A DNA stretch of 64,000 nt from the NCBI GenBank assembly GCA_943788915.1, contig CALSSD010000008.1, forward strand, positions 62,001 through 126,000, in the 5' to 3' direction. The notes beneath the pieces are model-generated. The model made no database searches and was not told the origin of the DNA. It saw nothing but the letters and a program-made list of their open reading frames with translations. Of this stretch, positions 30,945 to 40,967 are shown piece by piece. Both the position numbers and the translations under genes were made by a program. The number at the start of each line of letters is the position of its first letter. Positions within the stretch are counted from its first letter, which is position 1. Source of the stretch: an uncultured Acidimicrobiales bacterium (lineage in GTDB: Bacteria > Actinomycetota > Acidimicrobiia > Acidimicrobiales > UBA10347).

Positions 30945-32458
30945 TCCCGGCGGACGCCTCTCGATCATCACTGCACTTCTTACGTCGGCTCACACCCGCC
31001 AGGTTCGATGACCTTCCGCTTCTCGGCGACACTGGCGTAACCCAATTGGTGCCGGTGCAAGCGCTGCACAGCATGGGCGAAACGATGTTCGCTGTCTCGC
31101 TGGCCGGTTCATTGTTCTTTAACGTCTCGCTCGATGCAGCCCGACCTCGAATCGTGCTCTATCTCGCGGTGACCATGGCACCATTCCTGGTTCTCGCTCC
31201 GCTCATCGGGCCGTTCATCGACCGAATCCGGGGCGGCCATCGCATCGTCCTTATGGCCGCACTAGGCGGCCGGGCGCTGTTTGCCTTGTTGCTTGCCACC
31301 CAGCTCAAGGGCCTCCTTTTCTACCCCCAGGCATTCGTCATCATGGTGCTGGCCAAGATGTTCGCAGTGTCGCGGAACTCACTCATTCCTGTGCTCGTCG
31401 AAGATCGCGCCCACTTGGTGGTGGTTAACGCTCGCATCGCTCGCATGGCAGCCGCTGCTGGCGCCGTCGCGGCCGCACCAGCAGTCGTTGTCTTGAACTC
31501 CGCTGGCCCCGAATGGGTACTGCGGTTGGGCGCAGTCATCTACGGAGCAGGAGCCCTGCTCGCATTTCGCCTGCCTCCTCCCCATCCCGAGCAGAATGTG
31601 TCGCCGGTCGTCGAGCAGTTGGAGCTGTCCGGTCCCGGCGTTCGATCGGCCACCATCGCCATGGGTTCCCTCCGGGCAGCCATTGGTTTCCTGATCTTTC
31701 ACCTCGGATTCGTAATGAAACGGACCGGCGAACCCGCCTGGATGTTCGGCGTCCTGGCAGTCGCCATGTCACTCGGTGGATTCGCAGGCACGTTCGTCGC
31801 ACACCGACTTCGTCGGGTCGCCGGTGAACAACTCACCCTCACCGCAGCGCTGGCAATGCCGGCCGCGATTGCGATAATCACGGCATTACGGTTCCATCGG
31901 GTGACTGCTGTCGTCCTCGCATTTGCGATTGGACTAGGCGGCAGCGTCGCCCGACGGACCTTCGACAGCGTGGTGCAAGCCGAAGCACCTCACGCTCGGC
32001 GGGGCAAGGCATTCGCCGGCCTCGAGGCCCGGCTCGAACTCGGATGGGCTGCAGGTGCGCTCTTAGCGGTTGGGGTCAGCGCTCCTGGCTGGGCCGGGGC
32101 GGCAGCCCTCGCGGTCGCGTTGGGTGGCATCAGCATGGCTCGGATGATCCAGCATCGGCGGGCAAACCTCATCGAATCAACAGCGACCGAATCGACCCTT
32201 GCGTTGCGGCTGCTTGAGACCGCCGAAGCACTGGCAGCGCGTGGCGATCGTCAACAGGCCGTGGTGGTAGCGATGGCTGCCGCCGACGTCGTTGTGCCTG
32301 CAGGATCGGCCGTGACGCCCGAACTCGCCAATCTCCGAGAGCTCGGCCGAGTGGCTGCAACCGATCACGACGAACACGCCGACGAGGCCCTCCGTCTCGT
32401 GCATCAATTCGTCGCCGACTCCTACCCGTCACCGATTGCGGAGCCCAGAGCCAGCTGA
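30941..32458 (+). CDS. MFS-like membrane protein
   Basis: VSLAGSLFF, LAVTMAPF.VLAPLIGPFIDR and multiple TM helices; ATGA overlap. Confidence 0.8.
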   Translation: MIPADASRSSLHFLRRLTPARFDDLPLLGDTGVTQLVPVQALHSMGETMFAVSLAGSLFFNVSLDAARPRIVLYLAVTMAPFLVLAPLIGPFIDRIRGGHRIVLMAALGGRALFALLLATQLKGLLFYPQAFVIMVLAKMFAVSRNSLIPVLVEDRAHLVVVNARIARMAAAAGAVAAAPAVVVLNSAGPEWVLRLGAVIYGAGALLAFRLPPPHPEQNVSPVVEQLELSGPGVRSATIAMGSLRAAIGFLIFHLGFVMKRTGEPAWMFGVLAVAMSLGGFAGTFVAHRLRRVAGEQLTLTAALAMPAAIAIITALRFHRVTAVVLAFAIGLGGSVARRTFDSVVQAEAPHARRGKAFAGLEARLELGWAAGALLAVGVSAPGWAGAAALAVALGGISMARMIQHRRANLIESTATESTLALRLLETAEALAARGDRQQAVVVAMAAADVVVPAGSAVTPELANLRELGRVAATDHDEHADEALRLVHQFVADSYPSPIAEPRAS

Positions 32459-32506
32459 CATTCCTGACGCGACGAAGCTGGCTTATGCCTGTGGTTGAAT
32501 GAAGCC

Positions 32507-33956
32507 ATGTTCTGGCGGAATCGAATCGCGCTCATCCTGGTGTTGCTCACTTTCACGGCAGCGTGTAGCTCCTCCAGCGAAGATGCAGCCGCTCCACCAA
32601 CCGTGGTCCCCGATGCGACCGCTGAGCCCACAGCCACCACGCCAGCGCCCACCTCTTCTCCAACACCCCCACCCGCTCCGACCGAGCCACCGCCCGCAAC
32701 GGAACCACCGGCCCCACCGCCGCCGACCCCGGTGCCAACAGAAACCCCTACGCCGGACTCCGAGCCGAGCTCAACAACCTCCGGTCCAGCTACTCAATGT
32801 TTACTGGTTGCAGGGCGAGGACCTCGCGGTTTCCGGAGGCGCTGTTCCGACTGCATCCCCTGCCCGAGCTGCGATCGAAAGGTTGCTGAGCGGTCCCGAC
32901 TTCAGTGACGAGCAAAGGGGCATGGAGACAGCCATTGCCGAAGGCGTCACGCTGCTCGGTCTCACAATCCGCGACGGCCGAGCAATCGTCGACCTGTCGC
33001 CCGAATTTGAGGCCGTGTCGTATGGCACCGCTGGCGAACTGGCGATGGTCGCTCAACTCGTCTTCACCGTGACCCAGTTCCCGACCGTGGACTCCGTCGA
33101 CATCTGGATCGATGGTGTCGAGCGCGACTACATACTCAGCCATGGTCTCGACGCTCACGATCTCACTCGAGAGAACTTCTACGACCAGGCTCCAGAAATT
33201 CTGGTGGAACACCCCTTCGCTGGCCAGTCGGTGTGGGCCCCATTCCGGGTGACCGGCTTCAGCCGCACGTTCGAATCAAACGTGCAATGGCAACTCGCAA
33301 CCGACGGCGAAGTCATTGCCTCGGGTTTCACCACCGCCAACCAACCCGACGTCGGCCGTCATGGCCCATTCGAATTCGTCGTTGACCTCGGCGATGTCGA
33401 CCGTTCGTTGTTACGCACGCTGCAACTAACGGTGTTCGAGACGTCGGCCGAGGATGGTTCGACCATCAATGCCCACGTAGTCCCCGTCTTCCTCAATGGA
33501 AGTGGCCCCGCACCCTCGCCAGACGTGGGTGTCCCATTCCTTCGCTCCGATGGGATCGGACCGATCGACTTCGGTACACCCGTCGACCAGGCGCGGGCCA
33601 TCCTCGAAGAAACGTTCGGCCCGCCGCTGCGCCCTGCCAGCCAGATCGACTGCGAAGGGGACACGAGCAGTCAACTTGTGTGGGACCAGTTCCAGCTCAA
33701 TCTCAGCCCCGAAGACACCGTCGAGGGCTGGTTCTACCGGTTCTCGGATCCGCCAATGACAGCGGCAAGCGGGCTCACTCCTGGCACGACCCTCGGTGAC
33801 CTCGTAGCAGCACACCCGGATGTGAGCTTTTATCGCGACACCCTGAGCACCGAGTTCCTCTTCAGCGAGTCAGCGGATCAGATTGCAGGGTTTGTCACCG
33901 ACGACGGCGAACATGTCGTCGCTCTGTATGCCGGATGGACCTGCTTCTTCCGCTGA
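32507..33956 (+). CDS. GerMN + Gmad2 Ig-like domain lipoprotein; frameshift near 32780
   Basis: Lipobox TAAC and Pro-rich linker in one frame; AAIERLLSGP, AIVDLSPEF, AQLVFTVTQFPTV, VTGFSRTFESNV in the next frame. Confidence 0.85.
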
Positions 33957-34067
33957 CGTTCATTGCCGACATCGAGATCGATCTGAGTCTGGTGCGATCA
34001 CGAATCACCGATCTCAGGATGGCCTCGATGAATATCGCTACCGAGTTCCTCGCCGCACTTTGCGGCG

Positions 34068-35003
34068 TTAACCCCCGATCAGGGCATCGACCTCGGCACG
34101 ATCCTCGGTAGTGAGCGCCCAACTCCCTGCAGCGACGTTCGCTTCGATCTGTTCAGGCTTCGTTGCGCCCGCAATCACCGAGGCCACCAGCGGATGCGAC
34201 GTATGCCAGCTGAGCGCCAGGTCGAGCAGGGTGTGATCCCGACTCTCGGCCCACTGCACGAGCCGTTCCACGATCGTTAGCTTGTCGTCGTCGATGAACG
34301 AGTCGGCACGATCACCCCAGTTGGTCAGTCGAGCACCTTCGGGGCGTTCCTGGCCCAGTCGGTACTTGCCGGTCAGCAGGCCCGACTCGAGCGGAAAGTA
34401 CGGCACGAACCCGATGCCCAGGTCAGCGCACACGTCGAAGACACCGTCCGTTTCGGGATCACGAGTGAGCAAGCTGTAGTAGTTCTGTACTGATGGATAC
34501 ATCGCCACACCCTCGGCGGTGGCAGCAGCATGTGAGTCGAGCAAGTCTGCGGCAGAGAAATGGGTGCAGCCGATCTCGCGGATCTTGCCTTCGGCTCGAA
34601 GTTCGCTCAGACAACCAAGCGTCTCGACCGCGGGCGTCTCGGGATCAGGCCGATGTAGCTGGTAGTGATCGATGTAGTCGGTTCCTAGGCGGGCCAGGCT
34701 GGCATCGAGCCGGGCCCGGATCTGCGCGGGATCGCCGCCCCGTTCCCCCTCGGCCAGGCTGACGGTGTGGCCCCATTTGCTGGCCACGAGGACCTGGTCA
34801 CGGCGGCCCTTGATCGCCTGCCCCAGGTATTCCTCGGACAAACCTGTGCCGTAACTCTCTGCGGTATCGAAGTAGTTGATGCCGGCATCGATCGCTGCGT
34901 CGACAACCAGCTTCGTCCCTTCGGCATCGAGCCGCATGCCGAAGTTGTTACATCCCAACCCGATGACCGAAACCTGTAACTCACCGAGTGCCCGATATTT
35001 CAT
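34068..35003 (-). CDS. Aldo/keto reductase
   Basis: VSVIGLGCNNFG, FDTAESYG, SLARLGTDYIDHYQLH, GKIREIG, VIAGATKPEQI. Confidence 0.95.
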   Translation of the reverse strand: MKYRALGELQVSVIGLGCNNFGMRLDAEGTKLVVDAAIDAGINYFDTAESYGTGLSEEYLGQAIKGRRDQVLVASKWGHTVSLAEGERGGDPAQIRARLDASLARLGTDYIDHYQLHRPDPETPAVETLGCLSELRAEGKIREIGCTHFSAADLLDSHAAATAEGVAMYPSVQNYYSLLTRDPETDGVFDVCADLGIGFVPYFPLESGLLTGKYRLGQERPEGARLTNWGDRADSFIDDDKLTIVERLVQWAESRDHTLLDLALSWHTSHPLVASVIAGATKPEQIEANVAAGSWALTTEDRAEVDALIGG

Positions 35004-35218
35004 AGTTCCGACTGTGTTCATACTCCACACTACCCAGCCCCGTACTGACGGGGCGCGCACACAGGTGACGAGAGACACGGCTGGTTACTGGGCCTGGTGG
35101 GGCTAGCTTTTCGGGTCCATCACCAGACCAGTGCTGAACGCCGTCACCGTGACGTCGGTCACCGACCTTCTTCTGTAGATCGTCGGGACCTCCGCGAGGA
35201 GCCAGCCGTAAGGATCAC

Positions 35219-35434
35219 ATGATGTCCACCACCACAAAACGCAAGATCGCCACCCGCCACAAGGCCCGGGGCCAGCAGTCGACATTCCGCCGCAACACCG
35301 AGGGTTCACCGGCCGAGGAGATCCAGCAGCTACGCCAACAGATCATGCACCTTCGTTCGACGATCACCGAACAAGAAACCTCGATCGAATTCCTCCGTGA
35401 CCTCCTGTCACAACGCTGGTTCGACGTCGAATAA
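35219..35434 (+). CDS. Small hypothetical coiled-coil protein
   Basis: AAGGA RBS; heptad-like EEIQQLRQQIMHLRSTITEQETSIEFLRDLL. Confidence 0.6.
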   Translation: MMSTTTKRKIATRHKARGQQSTFRRNTEGSPAEEIQQLRQQIMHLRSTITEQETSIEFLRDLLSQRWFDVE

Positions 35435-35481
35435 GCCGCTACAGGCTGCTCGCTGGCGGCGCACCCAGTTTGAGTCAGCTG

Positions 35482-35517
35482 GAAAAGTGAAAGATCGGCG
35501 CGTTCCAGTGCTCTCCT
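35482..35517 (+). promoter_or_regulatory. Putative ECF-type promoter GAAAAGTGAAAGATCG-N14-TCTCCT
   Basis: Exact 16-bp match to 27776-27791 (minus) with a matching downstream hexamer at the same spacing. Confidence 0.55.
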
Positions 35518-35560
35518 TGTTGCCGGGCAACGATGCGCGGCCACGAGCAAGGAGACGCGC

Positions 35561-35647
35561 ATGTTCCCCCCGACCCAACTCGACGGAGCTACGGGCACTA
35601 CCACAATCGCAAACCCCCTTATCTGCTTCACAGGCTGCGATGGCTAA
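35561..35647 (+). CDS. Putative 28-aa peptide MFPPTQLDGATGTTTIANPLICFTGCDG
   Basis: Strong AAGGAG RBS before the ATG, downstream of the promoter motif; reading frame depends on a C6 run. Confidence 0.35.
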   Translation: MFPPTQLDGATGTTTIANPLICFTGCDG

Positions 35648-35701
35648 CCAACAGCGCGGGTGGCTCAAAACCTACGTCGACGCCACTGCTACGGTTCCGC
35701 A

Positions 35702-37466
35702 GTGAACGATGCCGCACTCGTCGGATTGGCGTTGACCAACCCGCAGCAGGGTGTCGCCGCGATCTACGACCGCTACGGCACCAGCCTGTTCAACTACTGC
35801 TACAGCATTCTTCGGTCCCAGGCCGATGCTGGCGACGCGCTCCAAGAATCATTCGTGACCGTCATGGGCAAGCTCAGCCAGTTGCGCGACCCGGAAAAAC
35901 TCCGGCCGTGGTTGTACGCGATCGCCCGCAACCAGTGCTTCAAACAACATCGACAACGAACACGCGAACGTCCCGAGGACCCGTTCGAAACCGGCGAGGA
36001 GCAGACCGTGGCTGCCTCAACCGCTGAACCCGTCGGGCCAACCGAACTCGTCGCCTTGGTCTGGGAGGCAACGGCTGGGCTGTCCGATGTTGACCGGTCC
36101 GTGCTCGAACTGAACATCCGTCACGAACTCGATGGCGAAGAACTGGCCGAGAGCCTGGGTGTGCCAGGGCCGAAGTGTTCGGTGATCTTGCACCGGGCAA
36201 AAGACCGACTGAAAACGGCCGTTGGTGCACTGATTGTGTCCAAGGTTGGCGCGGACGCATGCGACGACCTGGCCGGCATCGTGGCAGGTCACGAGTTCAG
36301 CCCACTTGTCCGCAAACGGGTCGCACGCCATATCACCGGCTGCGGTGTCTGCGAAGAGACTGAACGCCGTCATCGTCCCGAGGCCTATCTGGCTGCTGCG
36401 CCGCTGCTGCCGGTGCCCGCCTCTCTTCACAAGAGCGTGCTCGATGCCATCCAAAAGGGAACGGCCACGACCGCCGACGCCAACGGTTACGTGGGCGAGC
36501 CGAGCCAGGCCGATTCCGGCCACAGCACGAACGTCGACACCACCAACGAATTACCGAGCAGCCATCCAGACACAACCAACAGCACAAGCGAACGCACTGT
36601 CGGGACCGGTGGGAACCGATCAAACCGTCTGGAACGACGCCGGGTTCCCCCTGTTGTCAGATGTCGACGACACAACAACGTCAGGGGCCATCCGACCGAA
36701 GGTGGCTGCCGTGGTCGTCGGCTGTGTCGTGGTGGCCGCCGTCCTACTGATGCTGCTCAATCCATTCCGGCGTGAGACCACGATCATCGCAGCAGCGGGT
36801 CCGGTGGCTGAACCCACGACACAACCGTCGCCACAGTTCTTGCCGACTGTTCCAGTCCCGCCGCCAACCACTGCAGCTGTACCTGCGGTGGCGCCAACAC
36901 CAGAACCCGATAACCGGGTCGAGGCCCAACCCACGCCTACGCCCACCGCTGTGCCCGCGCCAACCTCGACGTCCCAGCCACAACCCCCGCCACCTACCAC
37001 CGCTCCTCCAACAGCGACCGCTCTTCCAACCGCTACGCCCACGCCGGCGCCGCCCACCGCTACCTCTGTCCCTCCGACACCAACACCGACCACGGAGCCG
37101 ACCGCGACACCCACGCCGGCACCGACCGTTCCTCCCGCGCCAACATCGGGTCCGGTGGTGGCTGACGTCCAGGCGCCCACCGTGTTGTCCTTCACCGTCA
37201 CCTGCGGTGATCCATTCAGACTCACCGTGACGATCAGCGACAACCTCGACCCGAGCCCTACCGCCGACCTTGCGGTCACATGGGAAGACGAATCAGACCC
37301 GGCACAGCCACTAACCAAACTCGATGGCACCACCTACCAGGTGGATGTGCCACGCTCGGAACTCGTGGGCTCGCGCATCGACTTCTTCGTTCGCGGCACC
37401 ATTGCCGACAGCTCAGGAAACGCCCGAAACATCGATCTAACCGACGACTGCATCATCATCGACTAG
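35702..37466 (+). CDS. ECF sigma-70 factor fused to a zf-HC2 domain, TM helix, Pro/Thr linker and extracellular beta domain; frameshift near 36590-36620
   Basis: Region 2 (DALQESFV, LRPWLYAIARN), region 4 (ELAESLG...LHRAKDRL), RHITGCGVC; second frame has WNDAGFP, a TM helix and PT repeats. Confidence 0.85.
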
Positions 37467-37505
37467 CTCGAAAACCATCCAGACGATCCTTGGAACCTTG
37501 CGTGG

Positions 37506-38872
37506 TTACCGGTGTTCGAGGACGTGCAGGATTGCGTCGACGCCGGCGCTGCGGCCCTGATCAATACATGCGGGAATGCCGATGCCTCGGTACCCCATGC
37601 CGGCAAGGAAAACACCGTCGGGGTTGAGCTGACCTTCGATATGGCCAAGGCGCTCGGTATGGCCGACCACGTATTGGGGAAAGGCGCGGTCCCACCGGGA
37701 GATGCGCACGTCGCTCGGTGCGGCGGTGATACCGATGGCCGTTTCGAGGTCGGCCAGGATCACGGCCAGCAACTCATCATCGGGAAGCGCGGGGGTTTCT
37801 TGGTCACGGCCATGGCCAACCGAGACTCGCAACAGGTCGACATCGCCGCCCAGATGGGGCCACTTCTGCATGCCGTATGAACACGCGGTGATCTTCAGGT
37901 CAGCATTGCGGGGCACGACAAACCCACTCAACTCGGCTCGGCACCTGCACCGTGCCAGCGGGGTACGCAAGCGCCACGAGCGTGACCGAAACAAGCGGGA
38001 TCGCAGGCCAGGTCGGCGCTGGCATCAGGCCACTCGGTGGTGAGTCCCGCAGCGGCGGGTGCAGGGCATGCCAAGATCACCGCGGAAGCGGCGATGACCT
38101 CGCCGTTGGACAACGCGACCTGTACAGCTCCACCGGGAAGACGGTCGAGTGCATCGACACCAACGCCGGTAGTGATGGCGCCGTCGAGCGAGGTTGCCAG
38201 CGCATCGACGAGCACCCGCATGCCACCAACGAAAGAGTGAAAGACGGGCGCTTCGGGATCGGAACCTGCCTTCATGCGGCGCAACGCGGCGATCAGGCTC
38301 GGGCTTGCATTGGCGGCACCCAGAATCTGTGGTGATGATGCCGACAGCTCGAGATCGTCGGTGTCGCCAGCGTTGATCGCGCCGATCAGCGGGTCGACGA
38401 GTGCCTCATGGATGCGATCACCGAGACGGCGGCGGACGAGCGAACCAATCGTGTCGTCGTCGCGGACCGGATCAGGATCGGTTCGGGCCAAGTCAACTTC
38501 GAGAGCATCGGCAGCTTCGACACCAAGTAACGCTTCGGCCGACGAACGTTCAAGTGGGATCCCAAGCACATGAGGCTCGGGCAGCGCCATAAGCCCATTC
38601 TCAGTCCACACCTGCGCCTTGCGAGCACTCGGTGAAATCATGTGGTCGGCCAGACCAAGTTCTGTCGCCAATTCGATGCCATAAGGCACACGAGCCAGGA
38701 ACGCATCGGCTGCCTCGTCGACAATCCGACCAGCGAAGTCACTCGATCGAACCTTGCCGCCAACCTTGTCAGAACGTTCGTAGAGATGGACGTCCATGCC
38801 GTCGCGCTGCAACTGCCACGCCGCACTCAACCCAGCAATACCACCGCCAACAACAATGACCGGCTCAGTCAT
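37506..38872 (-). CDS. hemG: Protoporphyrinogen/coproporphyrinogen oxidase (HemY/HemG); extra bases near 38005 and 37938
   Basis: VVGGGIAGLSAA, ERSDKVGGK, SGFVVP, QKWPH, RWDRAFPQY.VGH, YRGIGIPACI; adjacent to hemE. Confidence 0.9.
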
Positions 38873-38903
38873 GATGGCCACACGTGTGTTGTTGGTGTGC
38901 CGG

Positions 38904-39956
38904 TCATGCGTCGACCAGGTGGGCGCTGCCTTCGCCATGCACCAAGTCAACGACCTGCTTGAGGATCTCTGGATTCAGCTCAGGCAACACGCCATGTCCG
39001 AGGTTGAAGATGTGGCCGTGATGGCCACCGTTGCGGGCAAGGACTTCGCGGACGGCCTCGGCGACCGATGGCCATTTGGCCAGGCATACGACCGGATCGA
39101 GATTGCCTTGCAAGATTGCGTCGGGTCCAAGGCGCTCACGGGCCACGTCGAGCGGTACCAGCCAGTCGACACCCATAACGTCCGCGCCAGCATCTCGCAT
39201 GCGTGTGAGCAGTTCGCCGGTGTTCACACCGAAATGGATCCGAGGGACGTTGAGCTTGCCGACGGCTTCGAAGATCTTCTGGCTCGATGGCATGACGTGG
39301 CGTTCATACATCTGGGGCGACAGGCAGCCAGCCCAGCTATCGAACAGTTGCACCGCCGACGCACCCGCTTCGACCTGCGCAGTGAGCGAGGTGATGGCTT
39401 GATCGGCAAGCCGGTCCATGATCTGTTGAAACAGATGCGGATTGTCCAGCATCATCGACTTGGTCTTGCCCTTGTTCTTCGACGGGCCGCCTTCGATCAG
39501 ATAGCTGGCCACCGTGAACGGTGCGCCGGCGAAACCTATGAGCGGCACATCGAGCTCAGCCACCAGGTTGCGCACCGTTTCGAGCACGTAGGGCACGTCG
39601 GCTTCGGGGTCGAGTGGGCGGAGTCGAGAAAGATCGTCGCTACTCGTAATCGGCTTCTCGGCGACCGGGCCAACGCCGGGTTTGATGTCGATGCCGAAGC
39701 CAATCGCATGGACCGGCGTGACGATGTCGCTGAACAAGATTGCTGCGTCGACGCCATATCGACGAACAGGCTGCAACGTGATCTCGGTCGCTCGATCAGG
39801 GTCGGCAATGGCTTGGTTGATCGACCCCGGGCCCCGCACCGCCTTGTACTCAGGAAGCGAACGGCCGGCTTGGCGCATAAACCACACCGGCACTCGGCTC
39901 GGCTTCTCACCTCGGCACGCTGCAAGAAACGGCGACGCTGACAGATCCTTGGTCAC
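38904..39956 (-). CDS. hemE: Uroporphyrinogen decarboxylase
   Basis: PVWFMRQAGRSLPEY, DAAILFSDI, IGFAGAPFTVASY, QLFDSWAG, IFNLGHG. Confidence 0.97.
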   Translation of the reverse strand: MTKDLSASPFLAACRGEKPSRVPVWFMRQAGRSLPEYKAVRGPGSINQAIADPDRATEITLQPVRRYGVDAAILFSDIVTPVHAIGFGIDIKPGVGPVAEKPITSSDDLSRLRPLDPEADVPYVLETVRNLVAELDVPLIGFAGAPFTVASYLIEGGPSKNKGKTKSMMLDNPHLFQQIMDRLADQAITSLTAQVEAGASAVQLFDSWAGCLSPQMYERHVMPSSQKIFEAVGKLNVPRIHFGVNTGELLTRMRDAGADVMGVDWLVPLDVARERLGPDAILQGNLDPVVCLAKWPSVAEAVREVLARNGGHHGHIFNLGHGVLPELNPEILKQVVDLVHGEGSAHLVDA

Positions 39957-40023
39957 CCCTTAAACGGTAACTCGCCAGGTTCATTGTCAGACGCTGCAGC
40001 GACGAACAGCACCTCGGCACGCC

Positions 40024-40069
40024 CTAAACATGACGGTGCCTGGCACCATCATGTTGGCACCATCATGTT
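40024..40069. repeat. REP-like palindrome centred on GGTGCC-T-GGCACC, with a duplicated right arm
   Basis: CTAAACATGACGGTGCC-T-GGCACCATCATGTT(x2); left arm identical to the copy at 52724-52740. Confidence 0.8.
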
Positions 40070-40875
40070 GCGGTGACAGCCAGTGTGGTGGAGAGCTCCA
40101 GCGCTTCGACTAGGCCGTCTGCGTCAACATGGGCGACTTCGTAGGAAGCTGCCGCCTTGGCATCGGGCACGGCATTCGCCATCGCGACACCATGGCCGAC
40201 TGCGCCCAGGGCTTCGATGTCGTTGTCGCCGTCGCCGACCATCATCACGTCGTCGATGCTGATGGACATCTCTTTGGCGATGCGAGAAATCGCAGCACCC
40301 TTGGACACACCTGGGCGGGTGCACGAAACGAACACAACGCCTGGCTGCACCGGCGATGTTGCCCCAACAACAACCGCGTCCTGGGCCGACATCTCGGCGT
40401 ACACCATGGTGGCGATTTCGATCGGCACGACAAATTGCACCCGCACGATCTCGCTCTGCAGCGTGTCGCGGGTACGACTCACCAGCGGTACACCCATCAA
40501 CGCCGCGTGGTCAGCTGCAATCTTGTTTTCGGTTTCGACGGTGTAGTCATCAGCGGAATAAAACTCGATCAGCCAGCCATGGGCATCGGCGATATCACTG
40601 GCGGCACTCACAACTTCGTCGGCTACCTTGCTGCCCCGGATCTCGCCACTGCCGGTGTGGATCAATGCACCGCCATTGTGGAAGACGTGCCATCCGTCGG
40701 GGTCGAGCCGCCGGGCGTAATCGAGCGTGGGCCCAAAAGCACCCCGTGCCGTCGACAACGCCAGGTGCTGACCCCGAGCTGTCGCCGCGGCCGCCGCATG
40801 CCAGACAGCTTCGGTCGGCACATGCGACGAACCGACGAGCGTGCCGTCGACATCAATACAAATAAGGGGAAGCAC
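40063..40875 (-). CDS. Cof-type HAD-IIB hydrolase
   Basis: IDVDGTLV, STAR, GVSKG, VGDGDND, AMANA; TACCGT-6nt-GTG start. Confidence 0.9.
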   Translation of the reverse strand: MLPLICIDVDGTLVGSSHVPTEAVWHAAAAATARGQHLALSTARGAFGPTLDYARRLDPDGWHVFHNGGALIHTGSGEIRGSKVADEVVSAASDIADAHGWLIEFYSADDYTVETENKIAADHAALMGVPLVSRTRDTLQSEIVRVQFVVPIEIATMVYAEMSAQDAVVVGATSPVQPGVVFVSCTRPGVSKGAAISRIAKEMSISIDDVMMVGDGDNDIEALGAVGHGVAMANAVPDAKAAASYEVAHVDADGLVEALELSTTLAVTAT

Positions 40876-40967
40876 GCCGTGACGGTAGTGCCGGACCTGG
40901 GTCACACAGCGGTTTTGCCGGAACAGGACTACGATGAATCGCCTCCTTTTTTAGGGAAGACCACGCC

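Noticed and set aside
31692..31702. Partial GTGAAAGATC match to the ECF promoter motif
   Set aside because: It lies antisense inside the MFS coding sequence and lacks the GAAAA prefix.
7917..35647. Lanthipeptide cluster formed by LanCL and the Thr/Cys peptide at 35561
   Set aside because: They are 26 kb apart, no dehydratase or transporter is linked, and the peptide frame is uncertain.
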